Of a stretch of DNA of 64,000 nucleotides, positions 49,529-62,100 are shown piece after piece. Below the pieces are notes generated by a model. The model was not told the origin of the DNA. It saw nothing but the letters and a program-made list of their open reading frames with translations, and did no database searches. A program made the translations under genes and the position numbers. The stretch covers positions 62,001 through 126,000 of IMG/VR virus record IMGVR_UViG_3300037087_000760. One strand, written 5' to 3'. Position 1 is the first letter of the stretch. Every line of letters begins with the position of its first letter.

Positions 49529-50113
49529 ATGGAAAAGTTTTCGAATCTCAAAATGCAAAAGGAAGAAGATGTACCAAAAGACACCTCAAAATATAAAAAT
49601 GATGATTTTTCGATCATTGATTATAATGAAAATGATATAATGATTAGTAAAGACGAATTAGTAATTCTACCATATCTTAAAGATGATGGATTTGTTCTGA
49701 TGAAATATCAAAGCATACCAGCTTTCAGTTATAAATATAAAGACACTTACTCAAACAGTGAATATTTTTTAAGTTGTATAAGATCGTTTATAGATTCCAA
49801 GGAAAATACTATTCAAAATGTGAGAAAAATATTATATGAAGAAACTGGATTAGTACTGAGTACAAATGTAACTATTGAAGTTGATAAGGTTTTGTTTAAG
49901 AATAATCTAAATGTAGGACAGTATCATTTCTGTTTATTAAATCTTTCTTATAATGATTATAAACAAGCAAGTCTTAGAACAAATGATATAATTTCAGACC
50001 CGAATAAAATCAGAGTAGTTAAGATCTCACTTGGAGATTTGGATGAAATTAAATCTTATGATTTGGTAACGGATTATATGATTTTGAAATTTAAATACGA
50101 GATTAACATATAA
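49529..50113 (+). CDS. degenerate NUDIX-fold protein
   Basis: RKILYEETGL partial Nudix box. Confidence 0.5.
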   Translation: MEKFSNLKMQKEEDVPKDTSKYKNDDFSIIDYNENDIMISKDELVILPYLKDDGFVLMKYQSIPAFSYKYKDTYSNSEYFLSCIRSFIDSKENTIQNVRKILYEETGLVLSTNVTIEVDKVLFKNNLNVGQYHFCLLNLSYNDYKQASLRTNDIISDPNKIRVVKISLGDLDEIKSYDLVTDYMILKFKYEINI

Positions 50114-50496
50114 AATTAAACATTAGGGGTTATTTTTGTTATATATCTATAAAAATAACCCCATCTTTATGCCAAAGGATTTTAAAAAGATGTACTTAGA
50201 GGAACAATCCGCTAAGTTAAAATTAGAACTGGAAGTTGCTAATTTAAAAAGGGAAAATGAAGATTTGAAGAAAGTTCAATTATTTCATCAACAGGCTCAA
50301 ATCCAGAATAATCCAAGTCAGACACCAGCTCAAACTTCTCAATTCGAAGCAGATGTTAAATACATTGTAGGTTTATCCCAACGAATGAGTATTACACTTC
50401 AAAAATGTAGAAAACATATGTTACCTATGGAATTGGGTAAGGAAATTGATGCTGTATTAAGAGAAATAGAAAGATTATAAAAAATAAAATAAATTT

Positions 50497-51639
50497 ATGA
50501 AGAATTATATAAAGGTAAAGAGTAAAACAGATTTAAGTGGTTTCTATGTGGTCTATTATGGTAGTACACTAAACGAAAAACCCGGTATTTACGGAATATC
50601 ACACTTGATGGAACATTTAGTGTGTAAAGGGATTGATCATCTTATGGGAGATTTTGAAAAAGATGGTATTTCATGGAATGCCTACACTTCAGATAGGGAT
50701 ATAGTATTCTTTATGACAGGACTTGATGAGTATGTAAATAAATGGAAGAAAAAATTCTATGAGAGTATCCTAAATTTTAACATAACGGAAGAACAGTTTC
50801 AGAATGAAAAGAAGATTGTCTTAGAAGAATACACTATGTCTTTTAATTCTCAAGGTGAATCTCATTTCTTGAATTTATATAGAAAAATTTTCAACATATT
50901 TGGACCAATCGGTTTAAAACAAGATCTTAAAAAACTTACCCTAAAAGATTGTCAAGAATATTTTAAAATACAATATACCAAACCTCATAAGATAATTGAT
51001 GTAACGAAGTATAACCATACCGAAACGGAAAAATTCTTTGAGTCAGTTGAATATTCAAATACAGTAGTAAATAAGAAGTTTGATTATATAAAAAACGGTA
51101 AATTTATTTTCGAGAAAGGAAATGATTATAAAAATGAATCTTCGATTATAGATATAACCAAAATTATATCAGAAGATTTACCGATTGTGGAATTCATTTG
51201 TAGAATGTTATCTGGTGGATTAAAATCTCCTCTTGTACAGGAATTAAGAGAAAAAAGAGGATTGATTTATCATGTTGATTGTTTTTTACATGAACCAATT
51301 AATGATGCTGGTATTGTGATTATATCAATGGAAACAACCAATAAGAATAGAAAGAAAGTTCAGGATATAATTCAAGAAGTTATTGAAAATCCAAGAAAAT
51401 ATTTAACAAAAAAAAGATTTGATATAGTATATCAATATTACGAAATAAAATTTAGAAAAGAAAAAGAAAGTCAACATTCAGCTGTAAATACATTTATTTA
51501 TAAAACCCAATCTGAATTAGAACTAAAAATTTTTACTGGAGATATCACTTATAAGAAAGTGTTAGAGGTATATGAAAAATATTTTAATTGGAAAGATTTT
51601 TATAAGTCAGTAGATATAAAAGAATTCGAAAAAATATGA
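50497..51639 (+). CDS. M16 family (insulinase-like) zinc peptidase
   Basis: GISHLMEHL, NAYT, ELREKRGLIY. Confidence 0.9.
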   Translation: MKNYIKVKSKTDLSGFYVVYYGSTLNEKPGIYGISHLMEHLVCKGIDHLMGDFEKDGISWNAYTSDRDIVFFMTGLDEYVNKWKKKFYESILNFNITEEQFQNEKKIVLEEYTMSFNSQGESHFLNLYRKIFNIFGPIGLKQDLKKLTLKDCQEYFKIQYTKPHKIIDVTKYNHTETEKFFESVEYSNTVVNKKFDYIKNGKFIFEKGNDYKNESSIIDITKIISEDLPIVEFICRMLSGGLKSPLVQELREKRGLIYHVDCFLHEPINDAGIVIISMETTNKNRKKVQDIIQEVIENPRKYLTKKRFDIVYQYYEIKFRKEKESQHSAVNTFIYKTQSELELKIFTGDITYKKVLEVYEKYFNWKDFYKSVDIKEFEKI

Positions 51640-52433
51640 AAAAGTCATTTGATAATTTTCTTTATGATATATTTTCATCAAAAAAGAAAACAGAGGTAGT
51701 AAATAAAAAAGATGATCTTCCAAACAATATCAGGAATCTTATAAACAAGATTGACTTACAACTGAAAGGTAATGATATCCCATATGAAATTCCATTTGTT
51801 TATAAGAAAAATAATTCGTTTCAAACTCTTAAAATAATAGTATCTAACTTATATACTCCACAACAATTAAGTGAAATTTTAAATATTGATGAATATAAGT
51901 CAGAAAAAGAGTTTGTTGATACAGTAATTGATGGTGTTAAAGTAACATTAATTTTAACACCTGAGGATAAGTTTCCTCTTACTTTTTGGTATTATAGTTG
52001 GGATATTTTACCAACTCTTTTGAATGTTTTATTTGAAGGTTTCGGACTTCTATTCGATAAAGATGGATTGAAGTATACTCCACGAAATAATTTTCTTTTA
52101 TCCACTAAAATTGATGAGATAATTGAATTTTTGGGATTAGACTTTAATCAATATAAAGCTGGTTTCTTCACATTAGAAAATGAGATTGATTATATCATGA
52201 ATAGTCCAAGTTTTAATGCTGATTTATTCTTTAATTATAAATTAAATGAAAAAGATCATTTCTTTAATGAAAATTTACAATTATTTAACAAATCATTAGA
52301 AATTTACGAACCATTTCGCGAAACATCAGGAAACTTCGTTTTTTCTAATGATAAAGATGTTTACCTATCTTTTATAGCTGAATATTTTTATGATTCTGGG
52401 TTAATTGAGAAATTAACTGGTCAGAAAAAATAA
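51636..52433 (+). CDS. hypothetical protein
   Basis: ORF, ATGA coupling. Confidence 0.65.
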   Translation: MKKSFDNFLYDIFSSKKKTEVVNKKDDLPNNIRNLINKIDLQLKGNDIPYEIPFVYKKNNSFQTLKIIVSNLYTPQQLSEILNIDEYKSEKEFVDTVIDGVKVTLILTPEDKFPLTFWYYSWDILPTLLNVLFEGFGLLFDKDGLKYTPRNNFLLSTKIDEIIEFLGLDFNQYKAGFFTLENEIDYIMNSPSFNADLFFNYKLNEKDHFFNENLQLFNKSLEIYEPFRETSGNFVFSNDKDVYLSFIAEYFYDSGLIEKLTGQKK

Positions 52434-52462
52434 ATATATAATGAAAAAGACCAGTTATAAAA

Positions 52463-52948
52463 ATGTCATATATAGATCAGATGAATATTTATCTGATGAA
52501 ACATTCGGATGAATATAATTATGAAACAGTTATTTACACTAAAAATTTGGTTGAAAAAATAGAAGTTGAAAGAGGTGTTATTTATGATTTCTTTAAAGAA
52601 AATCAAATAGATTTTAATAGGTTTCTGGAAGAAGCCATGTCCTTATCTGATTATCGTTTAAAAATATTTGGTAAAGCTGATTTAACAAAAGCAGACTTTG
52701 ATGAAGTTCTTGATCTTCTGGTAATTGAAATTGATGTCGAACATTTAGTTGATGATGGACATATGGAACGTTTCGATCAGGAAGATGAAGATTCTAAATT
52801 TTTCATTCCAGATCAATACGCTGTTGATTTTATGAAAAATAAATACGGTGTTGATTTAGATGTCAATAAACCATTCGATTATAATCTATTTTATGAAAAA
52901 CCAGATAATCCTGTTATGGAATTATTGGATAAGGTCTGTTTAAATTAA
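52463..52948 (+). CDS. hypothetical acidic protein
   Basis: ORF. Confidence 0.65.
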   Translation: MSYIDQMNIYLMKHSDEYNYETVIYTKNLVEKIEVERGVIYDFFKENQIDFNRFLEEAMSLSDYRLKIFGKADLTKADFDEVLDLLVIEIDVEHLVDDGHMERFDQEDEDSKFFIPDQYAVDFMKNKYGVDLDVNKPFDYNLFYEKPDNPVMELLDKVCLN

Positions 52949-53589
52949 TCTCGGTAAGTCTTTGGTTTGTAAATGAATTCTTGTTTCTTTTGGTTCAACT
53001 GGTTTACAATTAGAACAATAAAATACTATTTCAAAATGTTTAGGTGAATGACATTCACATTTTATGTCATAATGATAGTATTCTCTTTGTATTACGACAT
53101 TTTCTGATTTACAAATGTCACATTTTCCCATTTCTATACTGTCCATTACTTTTTTACTTTTTTATTTAGTTGTTTTCTTCTATTAATTGTATAACATAAT
53201 CTTTCTTAGCATCCATTTTTTCATCATCATTAAACTCTGATAAACCTTTTATTAATTCATCTTTAATGGATTTAGTATCCTCTATGATATTCTTATTATC
53301 ATCCCAAGGATATCCATAATATAATTTACCTTTCGTTTGTGTGAATAATCTATCATCTACACAAAATATTCCTTTATCTGTTATAATCTCAACAGTACCA
53401 CCGTCCAAATAACTGACAATTTCTTTTATTATCATACCCCAGAATTTTTCAATATTTTCCAAATCATATACAACATTAACATAGCAAACCCATCGAAAAT
53501 GAAACTATACCATACCACACCAAAGGTAGATGCGTTAAAAACACACCAACCAATAGCTAATGTTAAACAGATTAAAATTCTAAAGAATA

Positions 53590-54543
53590 TCATATTTTAT
53601 CAATGTAAGATTTAACAGAATCATTATTAATTTCCAATTCTTTTTCAGAGATAATTTCCATCATTTTTTCCAATGTTAAATCACAATAATCATCAGTCCA
53701 ATCTCCGATAAAATATAATTTTCTACTATTGAGAACGACACCAAATAATATAGGATCTTTCCTCTTTTTCTCTTCCTCTTTTTCTTTTTCAGTGGTATCA
53801 GTAGAATCATTAAACGGATCATAGTGTAATATTACATAATTATCAAATACACATAGTTCATCCGCTGTCTCTTTCAATTTGATCACTTCACTCGGAATAA
53901 TCCTTAAATAGTTATCAATGTAAGTCAATTTCAGGTGTTTGCTTTGGTCTACATTTTTATATAATTTAACTACTTGTTCTTCAGTAACATATTTAGTTAT
54001 TCCATTTTCAATCAATCTACATTCGGAAGCTACAACATCTTTCATTTTGAGAAGTTTTTCAATTAGGGCTTGTTGTCCATTTTTACGAGCTTCTTTCAGG
54101 ATATTTTCGTATTTTTCCAAAACATCTTTGGTTTTATTTATTTCCATTTTTGAGTCCTTGATAGTTTTAAAGAAATCTTCAATACTATACATTTTCTTTG
54201 TTACGACAGTTTTTTTCTTATTTTTAAGGAAAAATGTAGCAAAGAAGAAAAGAACATTATATTTCCATTTATTAAGCACGGAAATATTATATTCAGACAT
54301 TTTTTGTTTTAAATATTTCAAATAATCGATTGATGTTCTTTGAAATTCCGAAATCATATCCTCGGAATCCATAGATGATTGGGTGAATCCATTAGATCCA
54401 GTTCTTCCCCAAAAAATATCAGTACTATCACCATCAACTATGGATATAGTAGAACTTTTAGTGTCTTGTAATTTTTTATATTTTGGTAGGTTTCGATTAA
54501 TCTTCAAGGAATCGAAGATTATTAATTTATTTCCATTAATCAT
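53590..54543 (-). CDS. conserved phage hypothetical protein
   Basis: KDPILFG..RKLYFIGDW.D. Confidence 0.7.
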   Translation of the reverse strand: MINGNKLIIFDSLKINRNLPKYKKLQDTKSSTISIVDGDSTDIFWGRTGSNGFTQSSMDSEDMISEFQRTSIDYLKYLKQKMSEYNISVLNKWKYNVLFFFATFFLKNKKKTVVTKKMYSIEDFFKTIKDSKMEINKTKDVLEKYENILKEARKNGQQALIEKLLKMKDVVASECRLIENGITKYVTEEQVVKLYKNVDQSKHLKLTYIDNYLRIIPSEVIKLKETADELCVFDNYVILHYDPFNDSTDTTEKEKEEEKKRKDPILFGVVLNSRKLYFIGDWTDDYCDLTLEKMMEIISEKELEINNDSVKSYIDKI

Positions 54544-54611
54544 AATTGAAAATTTAAAGGTTAATATTATTATACTACCTATTATAGATGAAAAGTGATA
54601 AAAAGTTTTAT

Positions 54612-55052
54612 TTACTCTCTGGACATTTCAGATCCACCTTTTTCAGTTGGATTGTCATCTTTACGATAATAATTATTTACTATCTCTTTTTTAAAAGTTT
54701 CTATTATCTTTTTTGCAGCAGCGGTATAGTCTTGATTCTTTTCACATTCAGAAATTATATCTTTGATTTTTTGACCTTTTTGATCTACTTGACTACAAAA
54801 TCTATCTGATGCCTTTATTGCATCATTTTGATCGGCATTGGGATTTTGTTTTTTGAGATATCCCAATAATATTTTTTGCATTTCAGTCTGAATTTTTTGA
54901 AAGATTACATTCTTGTTCTGGGTATCAGCGTCTTGTCTATCCGTTGGTGGAACGGCCACTGTTTTTTGACTAATTGGATATTTATCCTGATAATCTCTTA
55001 AACCCTGTGTATCTTCATTTAAATAATTCAAGAATGTTTTTACATATTTCAT
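54612..55052 (-). CDS. protein with capsid-targeting-like N-terminus
   Basis: MKYVKTFLNYLNE. Confidence 0.7.
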   Translation of the reverse strand: MKYVKTFLNYLNEDTQGLRDYQDKYPISQKTVAVPPTDRQDADTQNKNVIFQKIQTEMQKILLGYLKKQNPNADQNDAIKASDRFCSQVDQKGQKIKDIISECEKNQDYTAAAKKIIETFKKEIVNNYYRKDDNPTEKGGSEMSRE

Positions 55053-55989
55053 AATAGAAAATTACTTTTCTACTATATATAGTTTTTTTATTCTGGTTAA
55101 TTGTTGGGGGTAATCTTATATTTCCCTACATTAAAAATTTCTGGTCGTACTTTTCTCAAAGTATCCCTATAAACTGAAGTATAGAAAGAACATAAACAGT
55201 TTTTAGTGAATTGATTGTACCATGAGTTCTTTTCTACAGCATCTTTTTTTTCATGAAGTAATAGAGTCAGAAAATAATGTGGATGATTAGAAAGACTGGC
55301 TGATTCACACATAATACAAAAATTCTCAGCCATCTCATTCACTTTATTATTTATTCTTGAGTCATTTATCTTAGTTAGTTCATCTATGATATTTCGACCA
55401 GATTTATATCGTTCAAGTATATTAGCGAACCCTTTTGTTGTCTTTTTTCTTCCTTTTGGCATTTTACTCTTTCGGTTTTAATCTATTCAGTATTTCCATT
55501 TTCTTATCTGGGAAAATAATGATAAAAGCCTCAACAGGAGAGTATCTATTTTCACCCCTACCATTATCATCTTTTCTCAATTTAGATACATCCAGCCCCT
55601 CTACAATCGTTTCCTCGGAGGTTATTATACAAGGTACACATCTCGAAAACAACGGTACAACTTTTTTAGTGTATCCAATGGATACTAAATCAGTATAGAG
55701 GTTTGAATTCTCGTTTAGATTGTTTCGAGAATCGATGTGTGCGTAATAATACAACCATTGTATTTCGAGATCAACAAGTTTGTTTAATTCTTCTATCGTC
55801 ATTTATCGTTTAAATCACAAAATATTCCACCTATTCCAAACATACACATAGATAAAAATGATTCATATATAACCATACCTAAATCAATTGGTGTATGTGT
55901 ATGTTTTCCTAAAATAAATCGTAGGGTAATTGATATAATGAATCCCCCTACCCATCCCCCAATTATAAACCAACCCAATATTTTACTTT

Positions 55990-56562
55990 TCATAATAATT
56001 CATGTTTTAATAAATTCATTCTATAAAGACCTACCAAAGTCTTACCATCCTCTATTCCAAGTTTTTCAATATCCTTTTCGTAGACTTTAATAACTTCAAT
56101 ATCTTCATTTTCGGTTTCTAATCCACCACCTTTTGAGATTTGTTCTGATACAGTAACATAAAACAAATACATTTTTTCGTTTGTTTTACCGGGTGTTGTG
56201 AAAAATGGAGTACATATAGGAATAATATGATCCACTTTATAACCAAGTTCTTGTTCCACTTCAGCAATCATTGTGTCCATTGGGGAAATTCCCTTATGAT
56301 CAATTAATCCAGCGGCTAATTCGATGACATCTTTTTGTGGTCCGGGTCTGTACTGCTTAGCGAAAATGTATTTATGTTCAACTTCATCATAAACAACGGC
56401 ACATACAGCATCGGGAGATACAACTTTATCTCTGGTAAAATCTTTTCCCTTATTTCTTAAAAATAAACGTTTTATTTTTAAAAAACCTTTTTTCTTTTTT
56501 CCTTCTTCGGTGATGTATCTTTCTTCAACCGTAAATAAATCTTCAGTTTTTATTATTTCCAT
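55990..56562 (-). CDS. ADP-ribose pyrophosphatase-like NUDIX hydrolase
   Basis: QYRPG..IELAAGLID..EVEQELGY..TPG..ENEDI. Confidence 0.85.
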   Translation of the reverse strand: MEIIKTEDLFTVEERYITEEGKKKKGFLKIKRLFLRNKGKDFTRDKVVSPDAVCAVVYDEVEHKYIFAKQYRPGPQKDVIELAAGLIDHKGISPMDTMIAEVEQELGYKVDHIIPICTPFFTTPGKTNEKMYLFYVTVSEQISKGGGLETENEDIEVIKVYEKDIEKLGIEDGKTLVGLYRMNLLKHELL

Positions 56563-56563
56563 A

Positions 56564-56962
56564 TCATTTTAATTTATGCCAGAATCTTTCTGACAGTTTA
56601 ACATTTTCTAATGTTTCTACACCTTTAAATAACGGTGCTATGTCTTTTGGTTTATAACCAGCCAACCCACATCCAATTTCAGTAACGAGAAAAATCATGG
56701 TAGGATGCTCCTTTGCGAATTGTATAAATCTTTCGACAAAAGGTTTGATGTCACTGATAGGTAATGTTCTTATTTTGGAATTTTTAGTCGGGATACCATA
56801 AGTTTTTCCCTGTAATCCCTCTCCCTGACCCCATATGGCACCCCATGTAAGTGATCGTTTAGCAGCCCCTCTACTATGTTTACCAGATGTATTAGAACCA
56901 AATACAAATATCTCATTGTCTTTTAGTTCAGTAATCTCGGTTGGGATAGTTCTATTAATCAT
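56564..56962 (-). CDS. macrodomain-like phage protein
   Basis: IFVFGSN..GKH..GAA...YGIPT...IGCGLAG. Confidence 0.6.
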   Translation of the reverse strand: MINRTIPTEITELKDNEIFVFGSNTSGKHSRGAAKRSLTWGAIWGQGEGLQGKTYGIPTKNSKIRTLPISDIKPFVERFIQFAKEHPTMIFLVTEIGCGLAGYKPKDIAPLFKGVETLENVKLSERFWHKLK

Positions 56963-56997
56963 GATGTAAAGGTAATAAAAAATATGGAATAAAAAAA

Positions 56998-58656
56998 TTA
57001 TGTAGTATATTCAGGTTCGTTTTTCTTTGTTTTTTCTCCGATATTTATGAGATATTTTACTTCTGATTCTTGGTCTACACGACCATCTTTTTTGGGTATT
57101 AAATTATTTTCTTCGAAGAAATCTTTTGTTTTCTTTTCCCCCAATAACTTTTCAGTAATGGCCCATATAAATCTAATTTTTACTTCTTTATCTTGGCTTA
57201 ATTTTGTTAATTTTGGTAAAAGTTCCTTGAAATAATCCTCGGTTGTATTTTTTTGAATGAATAAAACCCAATTTCCCTCATCTACATATCCCCAACAACC
57301 TCTATGTCCAATATCATCACCCAGATAATCCTTTTCAGTTATTTCTCTATAAATCATTTTTCCTCTTAAATCTATTAATTTATAATCGGTATCATCAACA
57401 ATCGAGGAAATTAATTCCTTGGCTTTATTTTCATCATATAAATTAAAAAGAACATTCAATACAATTTTAATAGTAGGACTGAAACCAAGATCATAAATTT
57501 TATTTACTACCTCATCACTCAATTTAGTGAATCTTAAAAATCTATTTTCTTTATCATTATCAATCAAAATATATCTGTCATATTGTTTATAAACAAATCC
57601 ATATATTTTTGAATAATCTATATTTTTTTCATTTTTTCTTTTGGATTTTAATAACCCTCTCTTAGCTTTTATTAAATCCCCGATACTACTTACTTTATAC
57701 TTAATCATTTGATCAGATAGAAGTTTTAAAATCTCATAATTTATTTCTGTTTTATATGATGATTTTCCAAGATTATGAATATCTGCGGTTAGTCCACCTA
57801 TAAAATCATAATCTGTATCTAAATAACTTGATTGGGCTTTTTGAGAAATAGTATACCTCATTTCTTTCATCTCTTTGTCAGTGATATCTTTTAATTTCTT
57901 TTCACCAAGATCAATAAATTTATCAATATACTTTCGAATGAATTTTTCAACATATTCCTTATCATCAACATTTTTATCATCAATTAGTAAAATGGTTAAA
58001 ATATTTTTCAATAAACGAAAATCAAAGGATCTCAAAGAATTACTCCAATTTTTTTGATTCTTATTTGGTTTAGTTTTAGGTGGATTGTAATCGTTAATAG
58101 AAATCCAATTTTTACCATAATTTAAATCTTTTTGATTGGTAAATACTCTAATTTTTTTAAGTAAGGGGTTTTTTATTTTTTTAATTTCGAGAACTTTTAA
58201 CATTACATAATCAGCATTCTCTTTTTGCCATTCTTCCCAACTGATAGGAACTATTATATCAATGTTTTTAATATATTTATCGAGATCTTCCAAATAAGGA
58301 TTATTACTAAAAATCCTATCTTCATATTCATCAGATTCACTTCTTTGTTTATCTGTAACATTTGGCCAAGCCCAATAATCAAGAGATTTTCCACTATATT
58401 TAGTTTTTAATTGTTGACCATCAAACTCTATTACTACATCAGCATTTTTACTATACCCGAATTTACTATGTTTAGTTCTACTTAATGATAAAAAATATGG
58501 TTTCTTACTATAAACATCAGATCCAGTACCCATTGAAGTACTCATTAGTATTTTTCCATTTTTTAGAATACTAAGTAAAGCGGAAAAACTGGTTCTGTGA
58601 TAAACTACATCTGTAATATTAGATTCATTCAAAAATTGGTCAAATTTTGTTATCAT
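56998..58656 (-). CDS. large protein with capsid-targeting-like N-terminus and possible ART-like domain
   Basis: MITKFDQFLNE; VVYHRT...FLSLSR...EYEDRI. Confidence 0.55.
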   Translation of the reverse strand: MITKFDQFLNESNITDVVYHRTSFSALLSILKNGKILMSTSMGTGSDVYSKKPYFLSLSRTKHSKFGYSKNADVVIEFDGQQLKTKYSGKSLDYWAWPNVTDKQRSESDEYEDRIFSNNPYLEDLDKYIKNIDIIVPISWEEWQKENADYVMLKVLEIKKIKNPLLKKIRVFTNQKDLNYGKNWISINDYNPPKTKPNKNQKNWSNSLRSFDFRLLKNILTILLIDDKNVDDKEYVEKFIRKYIDKFIDLGEKKLKDITDKEMKEMRYTISQKAQSSYLDTDYDFIGGLTADIHNLGKSSYKTEINYEILKLLSDQMIKYKVSSIGDLIKAKRGLLKSKRKNEKNIDYSKIYGFVYKQYDRYILIDNDKENRFLRFTKLSDEVVNKIYDLGFSPTIKIVLNVLFNLYDENKAKELISSIVDDTDYKLIDLRGKMIYREITEKDYLGDDIGHRGCWGYVDEGNWVLFIQKNTTEDYFKELLPKLTKLSQDKEVKIRFIWAITEKLLGEKKTKDFFEENNLIPKKDGRVDQESEVKYLINIGEKTKKNEPEYTT

Positions 58657-58729
58657 ATATTTATATATTAATTTTTTTATTAGGTGAAAATGTAGTACCT
58701 TTGTATTGTCAAATTAAAAGGAAACTTAT

Positions 58730-59008
58730 ATGAACAAGTTATCAGAAAGAAACAAGTTATTATTGTTACAGGGTTCAAAACAATCAGGAACAATGGTTGG
58801 TGGTTTTTCGTATGTCGAAGAACAATTATACTGTGATGAAGCCCATGAACTTCTTGAATTCTGTAAATGGGTTGATAAAGAAATCGGTGGAGTTGGTTCG
58901 GCAAATATTGACATACTGTTCCGAGCATTCAAATATCCTGAGAACAAACAGTATCAAACTGAAGCCTTAGTTGTCAAGAATCGTATAGCTGAAATTCGGA
59001 GATACTAA
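58730..59008 (+). CDS. hypothetical protein
   Basis: ORF after TAnnTTTG promoter. Confidence 0.65.
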   Translation: MNKLSERNKLLLLQGSKQSGTMVGGFSYVEEQLYCDEAHELLEFCKWVDKEIGGVGSANIDILFRAFKYPENKQYQTEALVVKNRIAEIRRY

Positions 59009-59023
59009 AGAAAATTATCATAA

Positions 59024-59063
59024 AAACAAAAAAGGTGGTTGAGAGACCACCTTTTTTGTTTTA
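59024..59063. terminator. bidirectional intrinsic terminator
   Basis: AAAACAAAAAAGGTGGT-TGAGAG-ACCACCTTTTTTGTTTT. Confidence 0.8.
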
Positions 59064-59198
59064 TTCTACATCAACACCACGATACAAGGATATCCACCTT
59101 ATTAGAAGTTAGTTTTTTCTTCTATATTAATTTTTCAAACAAAATATTAACAGGTTTGTATAATAACCATTATTAACTTAAAAAATAATAGCCTATGA

Positions 59199-62100
59199 AT
59201 GATAAAAAGAGTTGCAAACTGTGGAGATATCCATATACCGAAAAAACTTGACAGACATTCAGAATATAGAGAAGTCTTTGAAAATTTTTACCAAAAACTT
59301 AAAGAACAAAAACCAGATAGAATCGTCATCACTGGTGACTTATATAACGATTTTATAGATCTTGAAAATGAAGCCCTTATCCTTGTCGGAGAATTCCTTA
59401 CTAAGTTAGCTTCTATCTCGAAAGTCATAATTATCAAAGGAAATCATGATGTTAGAAAGAAAAATCGTAATCGTGTAGATACGATTGAAACAGCGGTTAC
59501 TATGTTAAGTAACCCCAGCATCACCTATTACAAAAAATCAGGATTTTATCCTGATGAAAATGTAGTTTGGGTAGTATGGGATTATCTTGATAAGATAAAT
59601 CCTTGGAAAGCTTTTCCGACAAAGAAAGATCCTGATTTAATTTATATTGACCTTTATCATAATCCTATAATTGATGTTAAGCTTTGTAATGGTTTTATAT
59701 TTCCTAAGAAGAGTGTACCCAATATAACCGATTTAAAGGGTGATATCTCTATGTTGAGTGATATTCACTTACATCAATCTTTTGTTAAGGGAACAAAAGC
59801 CTATACATCAAGTATGATTCAACAACATTTCGGAGAATCATCATCTCCAAAAGAACATGGTTATCTTTTATGGAATATACCTAATAAATCTTTTGAGTTT
59901 ATTCCAATTCCAAATAATTATGCTTTTGTAAATTTCAAACTTACTTCACCTATCGATTATGATAATCTACAAATGTCAAATCCAGATGTAGTTCAAAATA
60001 ATAAATTCAGAGTTATCTGGACTGATTATTCATCTAATATAAATCGAGAAAATGAATTCAAAATAAAGAAATATTTAAGAGATAAATATTCAGCGTTTAA
60101 TGTAGAAGATATTCGATTCCAGAAATTTCCATTTCATACTAAGATAGAAGATTCAAAATTAATTTCTGAAATCATCAATATCAATGATAAACAGGTTCAA
60201 CAAGATGTTATTCGTGAATACTTAACCATCAATCATTATGATGAGAAATTTATTGAAGAAATTATAAAAATTGATGATATTATTAATGGTAGAATTGTAA
60301 CAAACGAAGCCACTAATATTGTTTGGAATATAGATAAAATAACATTCAGTAATTTCAAATCTTATGGAGATGATAATGTTCTTGATTTACACGACACAAA
60401 CGGATTGATTCAGATTAATGGTATTAATCAATATGGAAAAACTACCATTCTTGATGTTATTTGTTATGCTTTATATGGTAAAACAATAGCCACTACTAAA
60501 AGAGAAAAGAACGGAGAAAATCGTTATATTAATAACAAACGAGATTTGAATTTTTGTGAGGCTACCGTAATAATTGATATCAACGGTGAAAAATTTTGTA
60601 TTAAAAGAAGAACAGATAGAGAAGTAAATTCTCGTGGGGAAATTACTAAATGTTCAACAGTTGTTAATTATCATGAGGGTGATCACATTTCACAAGATCC
60701 AGAAGATAGTTCAAATAAAAATGATGAAACTGCTAAAAGAACTCAGAAGTTAATTCAGGAAGTATTGGGTGATTTTGATGACTTTGTGAGATTGGCACTT
60801 ACCAACGCTGACAATTTAAATCAATTATTATCAATTGAAAGAAGTGTATTCATTGATAGTGTGGTTAAGGATGCTGGATATGAAATTTTTGAAAAGAAAC
60901 TTATCGAATTTAAAAATTACAAAAAAGAATTAAATCTTGAAAAAATAGTTTTAGATCCAGTTTCAGTTGATGAACAAATCAGGGATCAACAAGAAAAAAT
61001 TCAAGGGTCTGAGAATGAGGAATATGAAATAAACCAAAGTATAACTGAAGTTGAAGAAAGAATAACCAAAGGTCTTGCTATTCAGGAAAAACTCACTTTA
61101 AAAGTTCATAAAATAGATGATGATATTATGAATTTGAATGTTGAAAATGTAAATTATGATATTGAAACAGACAAGAAAAAAACAACAGAGAATAATGAAA
61201 CCATAAAGAGTTATAAAGAAATAATAGATGGTTTACCAAGTGAATTTGATTATAGAAAATTCAATGATGATGTAGAAAATAAATCCAAGTTTGAAAAAGA
61301 ACATCACAAGAAAGAACTGGAGAATGTTGAATGGGGTAGAAAGATGGATGAAAACAACTTCAATATTGATAATGTAGATGTTAAAATAGAAATGGTTAAA
61401 ACAAAGGTAATAAATGAGAAGAAAAATGAAATCAGTAAATTAACCAATTCTATAAATACAGAAAGAAATAAGATAAGTAGTATTGTTAATGAAAAAATAA
61501 GAGAAATTGATAAAAAGGTCACAAAGATATACAATGAAATAGGAAAATTGGATAATGAACTTTCACAATTAAAATCTGATGGGATTAAAATTTCAGGCGA
61601 AATCAAATCTTTTGAAAATGCTAAAAATGGAGATAAGGAAAATTGTCCTACCTGTGGCCGTCCTATGGAAGATTGTGATGAAAATCATCTCAACAAACTT
61701 ATCGAAGAAAAAAGAAAGAAATTTCAAGAAATTTCAGAAGAAGCAAAACCAAAATTAACCAAAAAGAAAGAACTTCTAATAGAAGTTGATACATTAAATA
61801 ATTCCAAAAATGATCTATCATCTGATTATTATTTAAAAGAAAACATCATAGAGGTTAAATTGGTATATCAAAATATTGATACTATTGGTGTCCAGATAAA
61901 GAAGATTGAAGAAGAAATTGATAATTTCGACATTAATGAGATTAAAGATGATGTTGATAAAATCATGTTGGATAAAGAAAAGGCTGAGAAAGAAAATAGG
62001 GAATATAAGGATATCATCAACGAAAACACCGTTATTATAAGAAAATTAAAAGTGGACATTGATGAATTGGAGAAAGTTATTGCTGAAAAGAATCTCATTA

